64,000 bases of DNA from Octopus sinensis (lineage: Eukaryota): positions 64,852,001-64,916,000 of the forward strand of contig NC_042998.1 of NCBI RefSeq assembly GCF_006345805.1, given 5' to 3'. This document shows, piece by piece, positions 1-14,751 of this stretch. The notes under the pieces were generated by a model. That model had not been told where the DNA came from. It saw only the letters and a program-made list of their open reading frames with translations, and searched no databases. Made by a program: the position numbers and the translations under genes. Position 1 is the first letter of the stretch. Each line of letters opens with the position of its first letter.

Positions 1-283
1 TCCTAAGTCGAGCAAAGTCTTCCGCAACCGGACTAAATTGTTCTCTATGAGAACTATTAAATATAAAATATATTGCATTTGGGGAAGGTAGAAAATCACT
101 GAAATGATGGAATTAAATATATAAATATTAAATATCGTTGCACAAGCAATGATGTTAACGTTATGGTTACCGTAATTTGATGCTCACTAATTTCTGCTCA
201 ATTTATTATATATGGGTTAATATGAATGGACACAAATTTACTTTGCACATATATGTCTATGCTGGTTGATATATTGATATAGG

Positions 284-306
284 ATATATATATATATTAT
301 ATATAT

Positions 307-338
<32 letters not shown>

Positions 339-587
339 AATAGATGAATATATATATATATACATACATAGATATGTATATATACACACACATATATATA
401 TATATATATTATATATATATATATATATAGATATATACATATATATATATATGTACGTATATATATATATATATATTATATATATATATATAAATATATA
501 TACATATATATATATATATAAATATATATGTATATGCATATATATATATGTTGATATATATATATATATATATAATATATATATATA
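284..587. repeat. Imperfect (TA)n microsatellite
   Basis: Continuous TA dinucleotide array; source of the spurious Ile/Tyr ORFs 297-644 and 409-606. Confidence 0.95.
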
Positions 588-1842
588 ATCTACCTTGATT
601 TTGCAAAAGCTTTTGACAAGGTGGATCATGGTATGATATGCCACAAACTACGTGACCTCGGCATAGCTGGAAAACTTGGAGTGTGGTTGCATGACTTCCT
701 GAAAGATAGGAGTCAGGCAGTAGTGGTTAATGGAGCCACCTCTATGAACACACAAATAGTGAGCGGTGTTCCACAGGGTACTGTCTTGGGACCACTGCTT
801 TTTATAGTGGCCCTTTCAGATATGCCCTCAAATGCCCGGATAGCCACTCTGGCCAGCTATGCAGACGATACGAAAGTCTCGCAGAAAATACAGAACCCCA
901 GCGAAGTTGCACACCTGCAGCAGGTGTTGGACTCAATCTACAGATGGGCTGAGGATAATAATATGCAGTTTAATGCTGAAAAATTCCAGGCCCTGCGCTA
1001 CCAGCATCCAAAACTTAATATTAAACTTACAGGATACACCGGTCCACAGGGAATTTCAATCCCAGAGCCTAAGTCTGTGAGGGACATGGGTATCGACATG
1101 AGTGATGATACCTCTTTCCAAGTGCACATTACCAGGATGGCGACAAAGTGCAATCGACTTGCTGGGTGGATCCTAAGAACATTCAGAACCAGAGATAAGG
1201 AAGCCATGATTGTCCTCTGGCTGACATTCGTCCTCAGTCACCTGGATTACTGCTCACTGCTATGGTCACCCACCAGTGTAAATTTAACAGCGGACCTTGA
1301 AGCAATCCAGAGAAGATTCACAAAGAAGATCGTCTCTTTGCAACAGCTCAGCTACTGGGAAAGGTTGAAACAGCTAAGACTCTACTCCCTAGAGAGAAGA
1401 CGGGAGAGGTATGCAGTAATATATGTCTGGAAGATCCTGGAAGGAATTGTGCCAAATTTTGGCATTGTAAGCTACACCAATGCTAGAACGGGACGAGACT
1501 GCATAGTGCCAAAGATCCCAGCAATGCCATCACGCTTCAGGACCAGCTTCTGCAACAGCCTAGGTTTCAAGGGTCCACAGCTTTTTAATATTCTCCCAAA
1601 GAGTCTGAGGAACTTGCACAAAGTAGATGTAGCGGTTTTTAAATCAAAGCTGGACATCTTCCTGTCAAGAGTCCCAGATGAACCTACCTCACGGCAAGAG
1701 GTGCAAATGAGAGTAGCTGTATCAAACTCCATTCTTCACCAAGTGCCACATACTAGACGAGGTTCGTCATAATAACAGTGTAGCACAAAACGGCGGTGCA
1801 TCAGCATGGCCGCAGCTCTGAGCTGAAACCAGAAAAAAAAAA
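588..1842 (+). mobile_element. 5'-truncated CR1/L2-group non-LTR retrotransposon (C-terminal part of RT ORF2 plus 3' UTR and A tail)
   Basis: Frame open from 588 ([15 protein letters not shown]) through GVPQGTVLGPLLF, YADD and LRLYSLERRRERY to the stop at 1772. A short 3' UTR ends in an A-run at about 1833-1842. The 5' end abuts the TA array mid-RT. Confidence 0.9.
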
Positions 1843-1854
1843 TATATATATAGG

Positions 1855-2040
1855 GAGATTTCACAAAAAAACAAAAGACGTAGACAGGTGGTTTTAGACA
1901 ACAAACAGATGCATTAGTTTAACGCTCGGGAAGTGAACAAAATTTTATATTTCGAGCGTACACTCTTCCACAGAAATGAGCATAGAAATAAACAAGGAGA
2001 GAAAATAAAGAATGTGTAGTGGCTAGCGAATGCCGGACAG
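1855..2040 (-). mobile_element. Decayed non-autonomous Penelope-pLTR-like repeat (same family as 17400-17645)
   Basis: Minus strand reads catttCTGTGGAAGAGTGTACGCTCGAAATATAAAATT, a mutated version of the hammerhead-like motif at 17515-17549, followed by a similar T-rich tail into (TA)n. Confidence 0.5.
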
Positions 2041-2099
2041 AGGGGTCACACAGAAGAGCTACGAAGAAGGGGAGATAATAAAGAAAATGTATATATATT

Positions 2100-2172
<73 letters not shown>

Positions 2173-5100
2173 TATATACATATATAACTATACACACACA
2201 TATATATGTATATACATATATATTTAAAGTAATACACATAACTCATGTTTATATGGGCAACGAGTGGTGTCATTTGGGCTACAATAGTACGTCATGTAAT
2301 ATACGTTCTTGTTTTGTAGAGCCGAGCTACAAAGTAGAGTTGCCGTTATTAGCTCAATACATCGTGATTAGTTCGGATCTGTTCTGACGCAATGTCTACT
2401 GGATACAAATTCTTTTAAAATTTCTGGAGTATCTTATGTCACATGTTAGTAACTCCAATATGCAGAACATTTTTACATTACCGAGATAAACATACATGGT
2501 TATTTAATTTGTGTGTTAGCGTATATTTCTCAAAAATGGCACCCTCGTTGCTGGTTTTAGATTATAAAATCTGGTGAGGATACTGTTTATTTTAATTAAT
2601 AAAATACTTAGGTCTTATAACATACATACGTTCTTGTTAACGATGATGTCTGATGTGTAATACTTTGTATGTAGCATAAGTATACGTTCCATATTTGTCA
2701 TAGGAAATGTGTTATACGATATGTTCTGTTATTAACCTGTTTATAGTTCGCTATATTAAATTAGGAGAATTCGCATAATAATCTAACTACAGGGTAATTT
2801 ATTATGTCCATTAAAGGAACTACCTTGAATAACTTCTACATGTACTAGAGCTACAGATGCATTCCCTTGATAATACTCATATGTATACGCCCATAACACC
2901 TACTACATACGTTCATAAGTCGTTAGATAATGCGAACAATCCATTTTAAAAGCAACGCTAGTTATTCACTTTTAGAAAATTGTACCCTTTATGGAAAACC
3001 ATAAATGAATATTTGAATTCCGCAGCAGCAAAATTATACTGGTGTCGATTACAAAGAATATAATCAGCTACGACTTCAACCATATTTTCACCGAGCAATC
3101 AGATGTCACAATGTGAATAAATGTCTATCGGTAGATTTTAATGCAATTTAATGCAGAATGAAACAATAACATGGACATTAATGGAGTAAACTGAGATGTT
3201 AAGCAATCTCTGACTCAATTTCCCTTCGTGTATGTTAATTTAATTTGCCGAATGCAAAGGCAATAAGGCAATCATTTTGAAGAAACTAAATAAACATTGG
3301 TTTTATGAGGCTTTTGTATTTGGGGAACTACAAGAAAATTGTAAATCATGGAAACGTATCAAATTTCTGTAGAAATGCATAGATCTGATAATATAAAGGC
3401 ATATAAGACTTACTATAAGAAACTAAAATCAGAAGCTGGTTTAAATTAATTCACAATCATTTCTACTCGCAAAACTTGTCTACCTTTGGTCGGCAAATTA
3501 TTTTAACTTTATAGGAAAATGTCAGTGGATTGTGTATGCTACTTCTAATGTATTCCCTATTCACCTTTCGACCGATGAAAACTAAAGAAACTCAACAAAA
3601 AATCTACATAGTTTTCAAAATAATTATTAAATTTCAGCCAATCATATTCTCGCAAATTTTAGAAATTAATAACAAACAGTTTTATATACTTACATAAAAC
3701 AGTGTTATACCACTGCGAAGTGAATATTGCTACAATATATACTGCAGCAAGAGATTCAGAATATATATATATATATAAAATAAGATCACACTGGAATTTA
3801 TGCCATGCAATGACTACGTTGTAATGTGTCATCCTATAAATAATGCGTTTTCTTTTTAATTATATGAACTAAAAGCTGGAGCGGGACGGGGTTGACAACC
3901 TGCATCAATTAGATATGTAAGCTGGTAGTAATTTACCATTGTACCTATTCCTAGTGCAAGTTTTGATGAGTGCAAACCGATTTTAACAGTTATTTTTCCA
4001 AAGCTAGAATTTAAGTGACAATTGAGCAAGTTTTCTTTATGACTTCAATAAAGATAATGACACAACGGAAAGTACGAGAATATTAATGCAGTACATAGGG
4101 ATCAGACAATAAACGTAATCCAGTGTCAACGGTGGTTCCAGAAATTTTGAGCCGGTTCCCATCTTTACTGTTCCGAAACTATCAGAGAAACTTGGATTTG
4201 GTCCATTGAAGCATTTATGGACAACTGTGGGTTTAGAAAAAGTCAGCTAATTGGGTCAATGGGGGTTCTCACTATCTTTCCTATTATAATCGCGCGCAGA
4301 GAGTGAATGTGTTCCCCTCATTGCTGTCAAATCTCACGAATTAACCATTTTGGGACCGAATAGTTACTGCTAACGAGAAATAGGTTCTCTATAAAAATCT
4401 CAAACGTTGAAGACAGTGGGTAGGGAAATGAGACTCCCCCTTCCAGGCTAAAGAAGTTCTTCACCCACATACGGTGTTGTTGTTTTGTTTGTGGGATATA
4501 GTTTAATCCACTTTGAACTTTGAAACCCAAACCAGACGATAACAAAGGAGATCCACTGCGAGCAATTCTGGTTTTAGTTGGTGATGCGTGTAATAATTAC
4601 ATTACATATTTTCCCCTAAAAAAAATGATTAATTACAAAATTTTCTTTCTTCCTAAGTATAATTTGATGGATTTGTATATGTAACTTCATTTAGTGCTTA
4701 AGTAATGCAATATGTAGAAGACAGCGTGATGAGTAACATTCCAAATATGGTGGCTATCTTTATTGCAAAGGGAATGCAAAATACTACTACATATGCCAGC
4801 GATTAAGTGTGTATTTTCATGAACCCTGGATAATCCCCGCCTCTCTCTCTCACATACACAAACACACACACAACCACACTTACATAAAATGCATTCTGTC
4901 TTTTAAACATGTTAGTATATACGTGCTTTGTCTTTTGGAGATAATGTAAACCAACTGAAAGGTTGACATTTTGATTGAGGAAATAACTAGCAAACGACAA
5001 ACATATGACCTCTTACCTGCAGCCGATTGGTTTGACATTACCATAATTGTTTATTAATTTTTTGAAAGTGTTTGATGTTCAGACTGTTTTCTCATTCACA

Positions 5101-6693
5101 GATTGTCTCGACAAATAAAAAACAGCTACGGTGGTAAACTTTTCGAGAATTATCATGCGTATTTTCCGAGGCTGATCGCCGAACATACTTTCCACGCTTC
5201 GAGATATGTTTTTAGTTGCATCGTTTAAGTAGATCCCTCTAAGTAATTTTTCGATTTTGTTAATATATATTTCCCCAATAACTTCTCATTTATGTAAAGA
5301 AATTTTGTTACTAGGAAACACCGAATTAAATAAAATGAGAAAAGCAGACAGATACTCATTCGCCTATCTAGCGTGAAGGCACTTGACATCTAATTGTATT
5401 ATTAGAATTCCATCTAAGCGACAATTGTACACAATTTTAGTTCATGAAGTTGAACTAAATACCACAGATTAGACTAGAAGCAGATTCGGTTAAAATATAA
5501 ATATATAAAGAAATAGATTGCAGAAAAAAAACAACACTTTTAAGAAAATTACTTCGCAGAATGGTAGTTTTATTCCACTTATTTATTACCGTATTTTAAT
5601 TCAGCGCCAAACAAATTTAGGTCTGTGGTTCAATTGTTAACGAATTAATGGCTTGTATGTAATTGACAGCTGAAGTCCATTACTTGAATTCATTTAGGAA
5701 AAAGATCATTCTCTCGCAATTCTCCATCCATTGTGTAGCTAAACACACCAGATAATCGTTAAAAAAAGAAAATCTGAAAATAAGAAGTAAAATGTTCAAT
5801 GCATACCCAATACATTTTCTCATCCATTAAATAGTAACTGGCGAATATAAAACAAAAAGAAAAAGCAATCGCCGAAATAGATAACAATCAAAAGCATTTC
5901 CTTATTAATTTGAACGTTTCCTCGATTTTCTTCACTGAATGATGTAAACACATTCTTGAAAGATGGTGTTAAATAGTACATTCCTCGTTTAGTTTAATTT
6001 AGATTCGTGCGATATCACTTTCACCGACAGTATGCTAGAGGAACAGTCATCACCATAACCGACATTATCATCATATATATCATTTGCTTCATCTAATTTA
6101 CCTCATCATCATCATCATCACCATCGTCATTATCATCATCAGTATGATCATCGTCATCGTCGTCTTCGTTGTCGTCGATGACAAATTAACATAATTGAAA
6201 TCGCTAATAGTGCTACGTTAACCCGAACAAACACGCTAAGTAACTCTTCAGCGAGAACCTTGTTTAAACAGATAATTTTGATATCACAAGTGTTTAATTG
6301 AAGCATGACACAGAATCATACAACAGCACATTACTTAACATACACTAGTTATCAACATTATATAGTATATGTAACGGCAATACGTCCAGCTCACACAATT
6401 AATACAAATAAGAACAATAAAGTTACGCTTTACATTGACTTTAGATATAAATTATATCGTAAAGCCAATTTTACGTAACAAATATTCACCAACGATACAC
6501 CCCAACATTTGTAATAATGCTGTCTATTATTTTATCAACTTAATTGGGTGAATTTGGTTCACTTTTATGTTCACTAGTAAATGACAAAGGACGGAACTAT
6601 TGAGAAAAATATTCACTTGGTTTTTCGCCCAGTGGCTGGGTGCAAGGGCGTGGACTGGTCAATCATCTTTTGAAACTAGTTGGAAGAAAAATC

Positions 6694-6725
<32 letters not shown>

Positions 6726-8734
6726 GAAATCCACAGATAATCACTACCAGAAACAGAGAGTGACATACACGAAGTTCTCAGAAATTAGTAACTTAAATAT
6801 TTTTGTGAACTTATTTACTCTATCAAAAGCAATTCGAAAAACAACATATTTGTGATTTAGTAAGAATGTGAGGTTGTCCATCGCTCATTGAAATGGCGTA
6901 CGGAAGAGATACATATTGGAAATATCGAGAGATATCCTTTATATTGAGGAAGAAAGATTATACTTGAGGTCGGAATACTGAGCCAGAGTACATGATTAAG
7001 CAGTAAACAGATATACCTGCCTCAGTGGTTAGGAGCAGAAAATAAAATAGTTCTCGAAGATATGCATTCAAACTTGTGTGGTTGGTTAGCTTAGGAAAAA
7101 AACAGTGGTGAAATGTGGCAAGGAATTTAAATATCCTAATCAATCCAAACGCCACAAAGCATATGAGTCCATATACCTTTAATAGACGCCGGAACAAGCT
7201 AGAAGTGTGACATGTTATAGGACAATAAAATTACTAGTATCTATGTCATAGTAAAAGGTCCTTCAAAGCTACATAGTCTCAAGAACTGGGAAGAGTATAA
7301 GGGGAAAATGAAGGTAGTATGGTGCATTTTATGGGCCAACTAGGTTAGCAGGCTCTAGATTATAGAGTACTGTTAGTCAGTGTTCAGGCAATATTGGATG
7401 ATGTCATCTATTGCTCCTGTTTCGGCTACAATTGAAAAGCAACATGTTCTCCATCTGTATCACCCACAAGTATCACACCTTCATCACATTAGTAGCCGGA
7501 GCTATAAGAGAATGAAAAATAAAATAAAACAACGTAGAATATACGTTACTAGAAAATGCATGCATGCTTAAAATAGGAAAGTAAGCAAATACAGTTCAGT
7601 GAAAAGAATGAAGATGGTCCGGTAATGGCCAGGCAATCGTCATAGCTCTCTGTGTAGTACGACCGGGAAAAGAAATCGTGGGGAGTTATGCGTAGTAATT
7701 CGGCTCGTAGATTTCAGAGCGAGATATTTTCGGAAGACTTCTTTAAATATGCAAAAGATACTTGAAAGAAATTCCCTGGGGTATTCCTAACCAGCTCAAC
7801 TCAAAATATCGTCGTGGAGCATTTAATTGCTGTACATTAGATATATTCCACTGTCTGCTTAGATTAACATTCTTCAGGATAGACTCATACTTTTGAGTTG
7901 GGTAAAATAAAAACCAGCCAATTCCACTGATTGAGTAAATTAACCAAATCTCTAGCCAAACTTTGAAGCCTTGTGCCAACAATTAGATATTATTAGTTAT
8001 TATATTGAAAAGCGATAGTTGGCAAGGTCAATTGGAAAATTAAATGTATAAGTCAAAATTTATGTCAGTGTTTATATACCGATCTATATTCTAATGTTTT
8101 ATATACTTTGATTTATTGTGACCAATAAATACGCTATTACATCTTTTTAGTACTTGGCGCACACTTTATTACAATCATTAGCAAAATATATTGCTTAAAA
8201 TTAGCCCAGTTCTTTGTACGTTTTATGAAGTTAATTCTGCGAAACAAAGACTATATATTTCAAACAATTGAAAGTAATAAAATTGCGTTTCTCTCAAAAT
8301 ATTTTGTTCAATTCTTATCCAAAATTTGTAAGATGATTGAGGATAATTGATATGAAGTTATTGTTATATATCCTTTCAAATACACCATAGTATTATTTAA
8401 GACAGCCACACCGATATCATTTCATTGCAGAATATTTCTATTTAACACGACAAAATATTTGTCATATTTTCTCCTTTATCGAGTAATGTATCTGTAATCA
8501 CTGAGACACCAGCTCCAATATTGAGAAAAAAAAAAAAAAAGGACGGACGGTTTTGCTTAAATTTGAATTAAAGACACTGACGTCTCCAGGGTTAACAGTT
8601 AGTAGTTAGAGATTTCTAATAGAGAAAATTTCGTACAGAGAAGCATTATACGGTGAGACGTACAGAGCGAATAAATATACTGTTGAGAATTGGAAAGTGT
8701 ATGTTTGCGAATGTGTAAAAGGGATAAAGTTACT

Positions 8735-8968
8735 TCCAGAATCATATAGAATCTTAGAGCTGGTTGCTCTAATTCTCTAGGGTTAGGCGGGACCCCCGGC
8801 TACTCTGGTGCATGGCTACTCATATTTGCCCGCTGAGTAGACTGGATCACTGTGACTGAAATGGAGTACTTTGCTCAAGAGCATAATGCATTGCTCAATT
8901 CAAGAATCGAAACCATAATCTTACAATAAGGAGGCCAGCATGCTAACCACTAAGCTACGTACGTCCAC
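8735..8968 (-). mobile_element. tRNA-derived SINE, old copy
   Basis: Minus-strand head gtagcttagtggttagc (A box) and ggtttcgattc (B box), followed by a ttgagcaaagtac SINE body motif. Confidence 0.65.
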
Positions 8969-9774
8969 GGGGGAAATTAAGGAAAAGAAAAATTACTTTC
9001 GTGATGTCCAGTGAATTCTGTACACAATTCTATGCGTTCTTTTACACTTCCAAATCCTGTTTTGGGTGCATATTAATGTATATGTAACCTGTTTATCACG
9101 CTAACTCGTGACTTAGGTGATTATTTATCTTTTCCCTCTCTCTCTCGCGCGCGCGCTTTACACGCACACATATAGTTACAGACGTAGTTATATATTTAAG
9201 CCGCTCCCATTCTCTCTTTTTCCCTCCCCCTCTCTCGCCCTCTCTGTATATGTGTGTGACGCATTTATTTGTAGATAACTTTTACGGGCACAAATACACG
9301 ATTATGCATTAAGTTGTTGAGCTACTCAATTACATGTAGCGTAATATATCTCTATCTACTGAACACGCTCAATAAAACCTGGAAAGGTCATTGGCTAGAG
9401 AGTTACGCATATCATAAAAATGGTGAAACAGTTGCTATACAAAGTCGAATCCTTGAAAAAGTAGATCCTCTTTCTTTTAGTTGAAAAGAAAAGCAAAATA
9501 AAAATAAAATCAAAGAAATTACAAGGTTATTCCATACCATGTGCGAGCACATGGATGATCAGGAATCTGTACCGGTCAATGAGTGCAGAAAAATTCTGAC
9601 CCCATAGCAACAGGTTAGTGGTCACCTCAACAATCCTTCCTTTTGTCACAATCTAGCAGCGCCTGCCTCAGCTTTATCAACTGACCTCATTCCAACCATT
9701 CCTATTGTAGCAAGTCTGAATCCGCTGCAACAGACTACTAAGATTAGAATCTGATTCAGTTATAACGACAGGCG

Positions 9775-9781
9775 ACTACTA

Positions 9782-9827
<46 letters not shown>

Positions 9828-9933
9828 ACTACTGCTGCTACTGCCGCTGCTGCTACTGCTGCTGCTGCCGCTACTGCCGCTGCTGCTGCTGCTGCTACTG
9901 CTGCTGCTGCTGCTACTGCCGCTGCTGCTGCTA
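9775..9933. repeat. Compound (CTA)n/(CTG,CCG)n trinucleotide repeat
   Basis: Directly visible triplet array; no splice-supported coding context found. Confidence 0.9.
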
Positions 9934-10619
9934 CATGAACAACATTTATAGATGATTCTCTCTCGCACACGTTCCATGACAAGTTACATATATGGCCCAC
10001 TTCCACTAGAAAAAAAACCTGCCGACGGCATTGTCAAAGCATCTGTAAATTTGGTTTCAGCGGCAGCAACAACAAATGCTACTACTCCTTTTCCCAGCCT
10101 CCCTTATGCCATAGAAGTATAAAGAGCAAATATTGTCCTAAATATTGTAGGGCGGACCTTAATAAGGATGCACAAAAAGTAACAGGTTTGCCATCTTCCA
10201 CTCTAAACTGTGTCACATTTCTCTGCCTTTAATATATACCAGAAACTGGTGATCTGAAAGGCACAAAATAAATGATAGACTAACAGAAAAGAAAACAAGA
10301 TACATCTACCCTCCACCTCCAAGCACTGACCATAAAAATATATCACCCACTGAGGAAAACTTCAACAATAAACAAAATAAGCAAGCACGACGTATCACCG
10401 GTTCAATTGATTAACCAAGAGAACTGACCAACCCGGTAAAATTTGAAAGCGCACCTGTGCCTGTAGACTCAATAGTCTGTCAGCAGTCAGTTATTCAAAA
10501 ATCTTGGACTGACATACAAACTATCAACCAGAATATCACTCCTCTCAATTAACCCCGTACATAAACAGCCTACAGTGAATAAAACAAAATGAGTAAATCA
10601 AGGTCTTTTGACAAACAGT

Positions 10620-11120
10620 ATCGAACCTTCGTTTCGATATTCTTACTAAATGTACGATGCATAAAGCGTCATTCATAATGGAAAGTTTCATATATTGAGA
10701 GTTGGTTTGCTGCAATAACGCACTGCATCCTTTTCTTTATCTTAACCAAAAACCACCTAAACAATACTGATTTGTATGCCGAGCTCCCGAAAAAGAAAAT
10801 TTCACCGTCATCTGTGCCGAAATTAAGAAAGAAGAGCTATTTTTCTCCATGATGTCTTTGCCATGAATGCCAAGAATATAACTCGCTATGGCTTCTATGA
10901 ATGTATGACACTAGACAACAATGTTAATATCGTAACAATTGTTCGTCTCTAGGCGTCTCCGGATCCTCCGCAGTACTGTTAAGAATGCATCAACAAAGTG
11001 AAGTTCTTTCTCTCAAAGCATAACTCTGAGAAGATTAATGACAGGTGATTTTAACTTTCCTTATGCAAACTGGTCTACAAATACCATGAAACTAGATAAC
11101 TGCATCTCAACTCCAGACAA
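10620..11120 (+). mobile_element. Highly decayed LINE apurinic-endonuclease fragment
   Basis: Broken frames give LLNVRCI (about 10640) and LMTGDFNFPYANW (about 11035-11075); GDFN is a hallmark APE motif of CR1/L2-type LINEs. Confidence 0.45.
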
Positions 11121-12242
11121 GCTATTTAGTTTATTGGCTAAATTTTCCTATCCCGATCTTTTTCTGCCAAAAAGGAAAACAAAAATATTTTGGAAATGAT
11201 ATTAAAAACCCACAATAAATTTATCCATAAAATTTCAGTTAGCCGAACTAGTGACTCCGCCTCCAGTGCAGATATTCAATAGCCTTAATCTTCACATAGT
11301 AGACTGGGGAGCAATTAGATGAGGTCAGTCGCTTTTCGACTGCTTCTTCACTCACACTTTCTCTGATACTGAAGCAGCGTAGCAGAAACTCACAAGCACA
11401 AATAGAAGTAAGCACTGAAGAAGGAATGACAAAACACCCACAGAAGACTCAAAAGACTCAGTGAAAAAATAACATTCAAAAAATTAAAATGCTACTACCG
11501 AATGGCGTTGACGACGAACGGTAATAAGAAGGCTTGAGTTTGGAAAATATTGTCTGCGAGCAGAACAGCATGGAACGTACGTGAACAACCAAAGGGTTGT
11601 AGAGGAAATTTAGTTTATGAAATATATCTAACAGTGTCCAAAAGTGTTAAAGGTTCCATTCATTTGCCAACAATCATAGGACCGCTGTCTCATACAGTGG
11701 TCCGTATATAACTGAATAAAATATTTCTCTACCATGATTGTAATGAAATGGGGAAAATAATGCAGAAACAATATTGCCATGTCGTTATTAGAAAACAGAT
11801 ATTCACGTAAGAAATATCAATAAACACAATCCCCAATATATTATTTCTGACATAGCTTTCACTGCCTCAGACATCATTACAATAATAAATAAAACAAAGT
11901 ATTGATCTGCTGTAGGCCCTGATAGGTTCCCTGCTAGTACCAAGCCCAGCAAAAGTCACTAATGATGTTCTCCAAGGGATTATTTGGCGGGGAGGGCACT
12001 TCTACTATATACATAACAACGCAAATGACATCAAGCATAGCAAAATAAAAATATTAGTGGGTTACTTTAACAGTCATAAACTTATCAATGGAGAAGCTCG
12101 AACTAAACTCCGGTGTGATCTGCATGGATTAAGAGAAATAATATGTTGATAAATGAAGATAAAGTTAAACTCATAGAGTCTAGGAAAGCGAATGCGCCCA
12201 CAAAAAGAACATTCTCTTCTCTCGGGAGAACAACTCACGATA

Positions 12243-12705
12243 TGAGACTTAGGAATAATTTACATTATTTACATTATTTACATTTTGATGGATATTTGTC
12301 CTCATTTTCTTTGTTGTTAACATAACGTTTCGGCTGATAGAGATTTCTAAACCCTAAAATTCACTCCATAATTGCCCACGGGCATATGGCGTGGTGGTGA
12401 AGAGCGCGGGCTTCTAACCCCAATATTCAGAGTTCCGTTCCAGGCACTAACTTGAATAATAATAATAATAATATTCACCACTACGCCATATACCCGTGGC
12501 AATTATGTAGTGAATTTTAGGGCTTATAATAATAACAATAATAATAATAATAAAAACAACAACAACAGCAACAAGATTGAAAAATACCTTACGATTGAGA
12601 TCCCAGATTCGAAATTTCCCCAACACAACAAACAAGATGTGTACAAATATCCGTCAAATGTAAATAATGCATATACTGTACATAATTCCTCATCTCGTAA
12701 ATATA
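12243..12705. repeat. Degenerate inverted repeat of an (AAT)n-headed hammerhead-family element
   Basis: 12351-12401 is the reverse complement of about 12473-12522. The outer arms (12255-12320 versus 12625-12692) also match. The left arm retains CAGCCGAAACGTT on the minus strand. Confidence 0.7.
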
Positions 12706-14751
12706 GAACTGTATTAGGAATATTGTTGATAAAATCGATATGGCTCGTAGAATGATCTTCTAGATATTCCGAACATCCCGGTGAAGAGAACCAAATGTCA
12801 TCATTTCCCTGTTTTCATCCTTAATATATCCACAACTAAAATAGTGCTGTTCTATGTTGTGTCGCAAAAAAAATCGAGCACGGTAAAATTTCAGAGAGTA
12901 ATCGTTAATCATGGCATGATGATTATGAGGACCGCGTTAAAATATCTCCAACGCCGCTCTCAGAGTATGGAAAACATACTATCAACATAGCGCAAGCAAT
13001 CTAAATATCAAATTCAGAACTCACCCAAGGTTGAGGCCCCTTGTAGTATGCCTCTGACAATTCAGACTCACACTTGAATAGACCCTTATTCCACTGAAAT
13101 ATATTCAATTCTGTGAACTGGGTGTCGTTACATATATGCTTCATATATTTAATGTTTAATACTCTGCGAATCACGCAACTGACGGTCCCAAATGGATGGC
13201 TGAATTACGTTGAAAATGTCAGGCAGAAGTTGTCCTGGAGATTGTTAGTATTTTCCTATTTCATAGTATATACATTATTACAGAGAAAGATGTACACATA
13301 CAATTTAAAAATATATATATATAATTAAGAGAAAATATCTATATGAGATAAAGAATTATCGTCAGTAATAGTTTTGTAAATTTACAGCATAATTTCTAAA
13401 ATATCGTGGTAAAAAAAATTAAGAGTAAATTGCCTTTTGCATCAATTAGACGACGTCTTGCGAATTAGATCTAACACACATTTCGCTAAAAATCATTATA
13501 AACTTGTGTGTCTCCGCCTACATATATTACTATGTGATATTGTAAATTATTAACGAATTCGTTTTTGTGCCGTCTCTTATGAATTCAACTCTTTTGTATA
13601 CAATAAGCGAAAGTATATGGAGAAAATCTAACAGCTGCATAAGTTTGTATGTAAATGTGTGTATATATATATATGATTTCGTAAACATGCACAAATAGAT
13701 TTTCGGAGCAAAAGAGACAGGCAGGCAGAGAGTAAGTGATATATACATATAAAATATTGAAATTCAGCATTTAAAAAATAAGACAAAATAATTATATATA
13801 TTTTTTTCTTTGAATATTTATACTGGTTTGTATTTATGTGTGAAAAACTAATGAGAAAAATATTGAAAACATTTTGAAATAATTAAAATTGAATATAAAT
13901 CCCCCAAAATATATCATACAACAATGAACGTACAATGATAGGAGACATTTATGGACCCAAGAAAAAAAATCATTCGTTAAAATGAATGCTTTGAGAATTA
14001 TTTCTATATATATATGTGTGTGCGCGTGTGCATGTAGGTGCGGCGAGATAGTAATTTATATTTAAGCCCAGGAAAAAAATGATGTTTATCGCAATTGTTA
14101 ATATGCTAAGTATGAATTATTTAAACAACAGTTATACTTAAATTCCCGGAATATAACGCACTGAAGACTATAAAAATATAAAACAAATATGGCGAATTTA
14201 ATATATACAATATTTAGTAGATAAGAAACGATTGATTTATTTTTGTATTATTTAAATATTATCTTCTCTGTACAAATCGGGCATGTGGAAAGAAGTATAG
14301 GAATTGGTATATTTTTCACTGTTTCAGTTCAGTTTAAATTTAATCTTTAGTACAGCAAATCTATTCGAGTTAAAATGGCAGACTTTCATTGACACATTCA
14401 TTAGACCAGACCAGTGAATCCTGCTGAGAGAGATTCAAATATTTTCTAAAGAAAATTTCAATGACAACAATGATCTTCTTTATACAATCAACAATAAAAA
14501 TACATTTATATAAAATCAAGTATAAAGCCTATATTGATCTTGCACATCTCCAGTGTATTCTGATTACATAGACCTATGTGTATTTGAATGTATGTATGTG
14601 TATGTAAATGTAAGTTTATATTCATATGTGCCTATATATGCAGATATGTGCATAAGTATATAAATAAATATATATATAAATATATATACACATATATGTA
14701 TATAGTCATATATATATATGTATATAGGCATATAAATACATACATACATAC

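Noticed and set aside
297-644. Ile/Tyr-, His/Thr- and Cys/Val-rich ORFs here and throughout the ORF track (e.g. 2030, 21641, 23023, 24013, 46300, 49709, 52988, 62704)
   Set aside because: They are translations of (TA)n/(CA)n microsatellites with no splice or codon support.
4120-4480. Possible mariner remnant (QCQRWFQKF-like and EVLHP-like peptides)
   Set aside because: Only two short peptide matches and no TIRs; too weak to annotate.
6240-6260. Isolated CTGA(A/T)GA hits (also about 11425, 14160, 49372, 51195, 51892, 56985, 59755, 63860)
   Set aside because: No pairable stem II followed by GAAA and stem I; expected by chance.
9756-10006. Poly-Ser/Ala/Val and poly-Gln ORFs
   Set aside because: Produced by the CTA/CTG triplet array; no flanking exon structure or domain.
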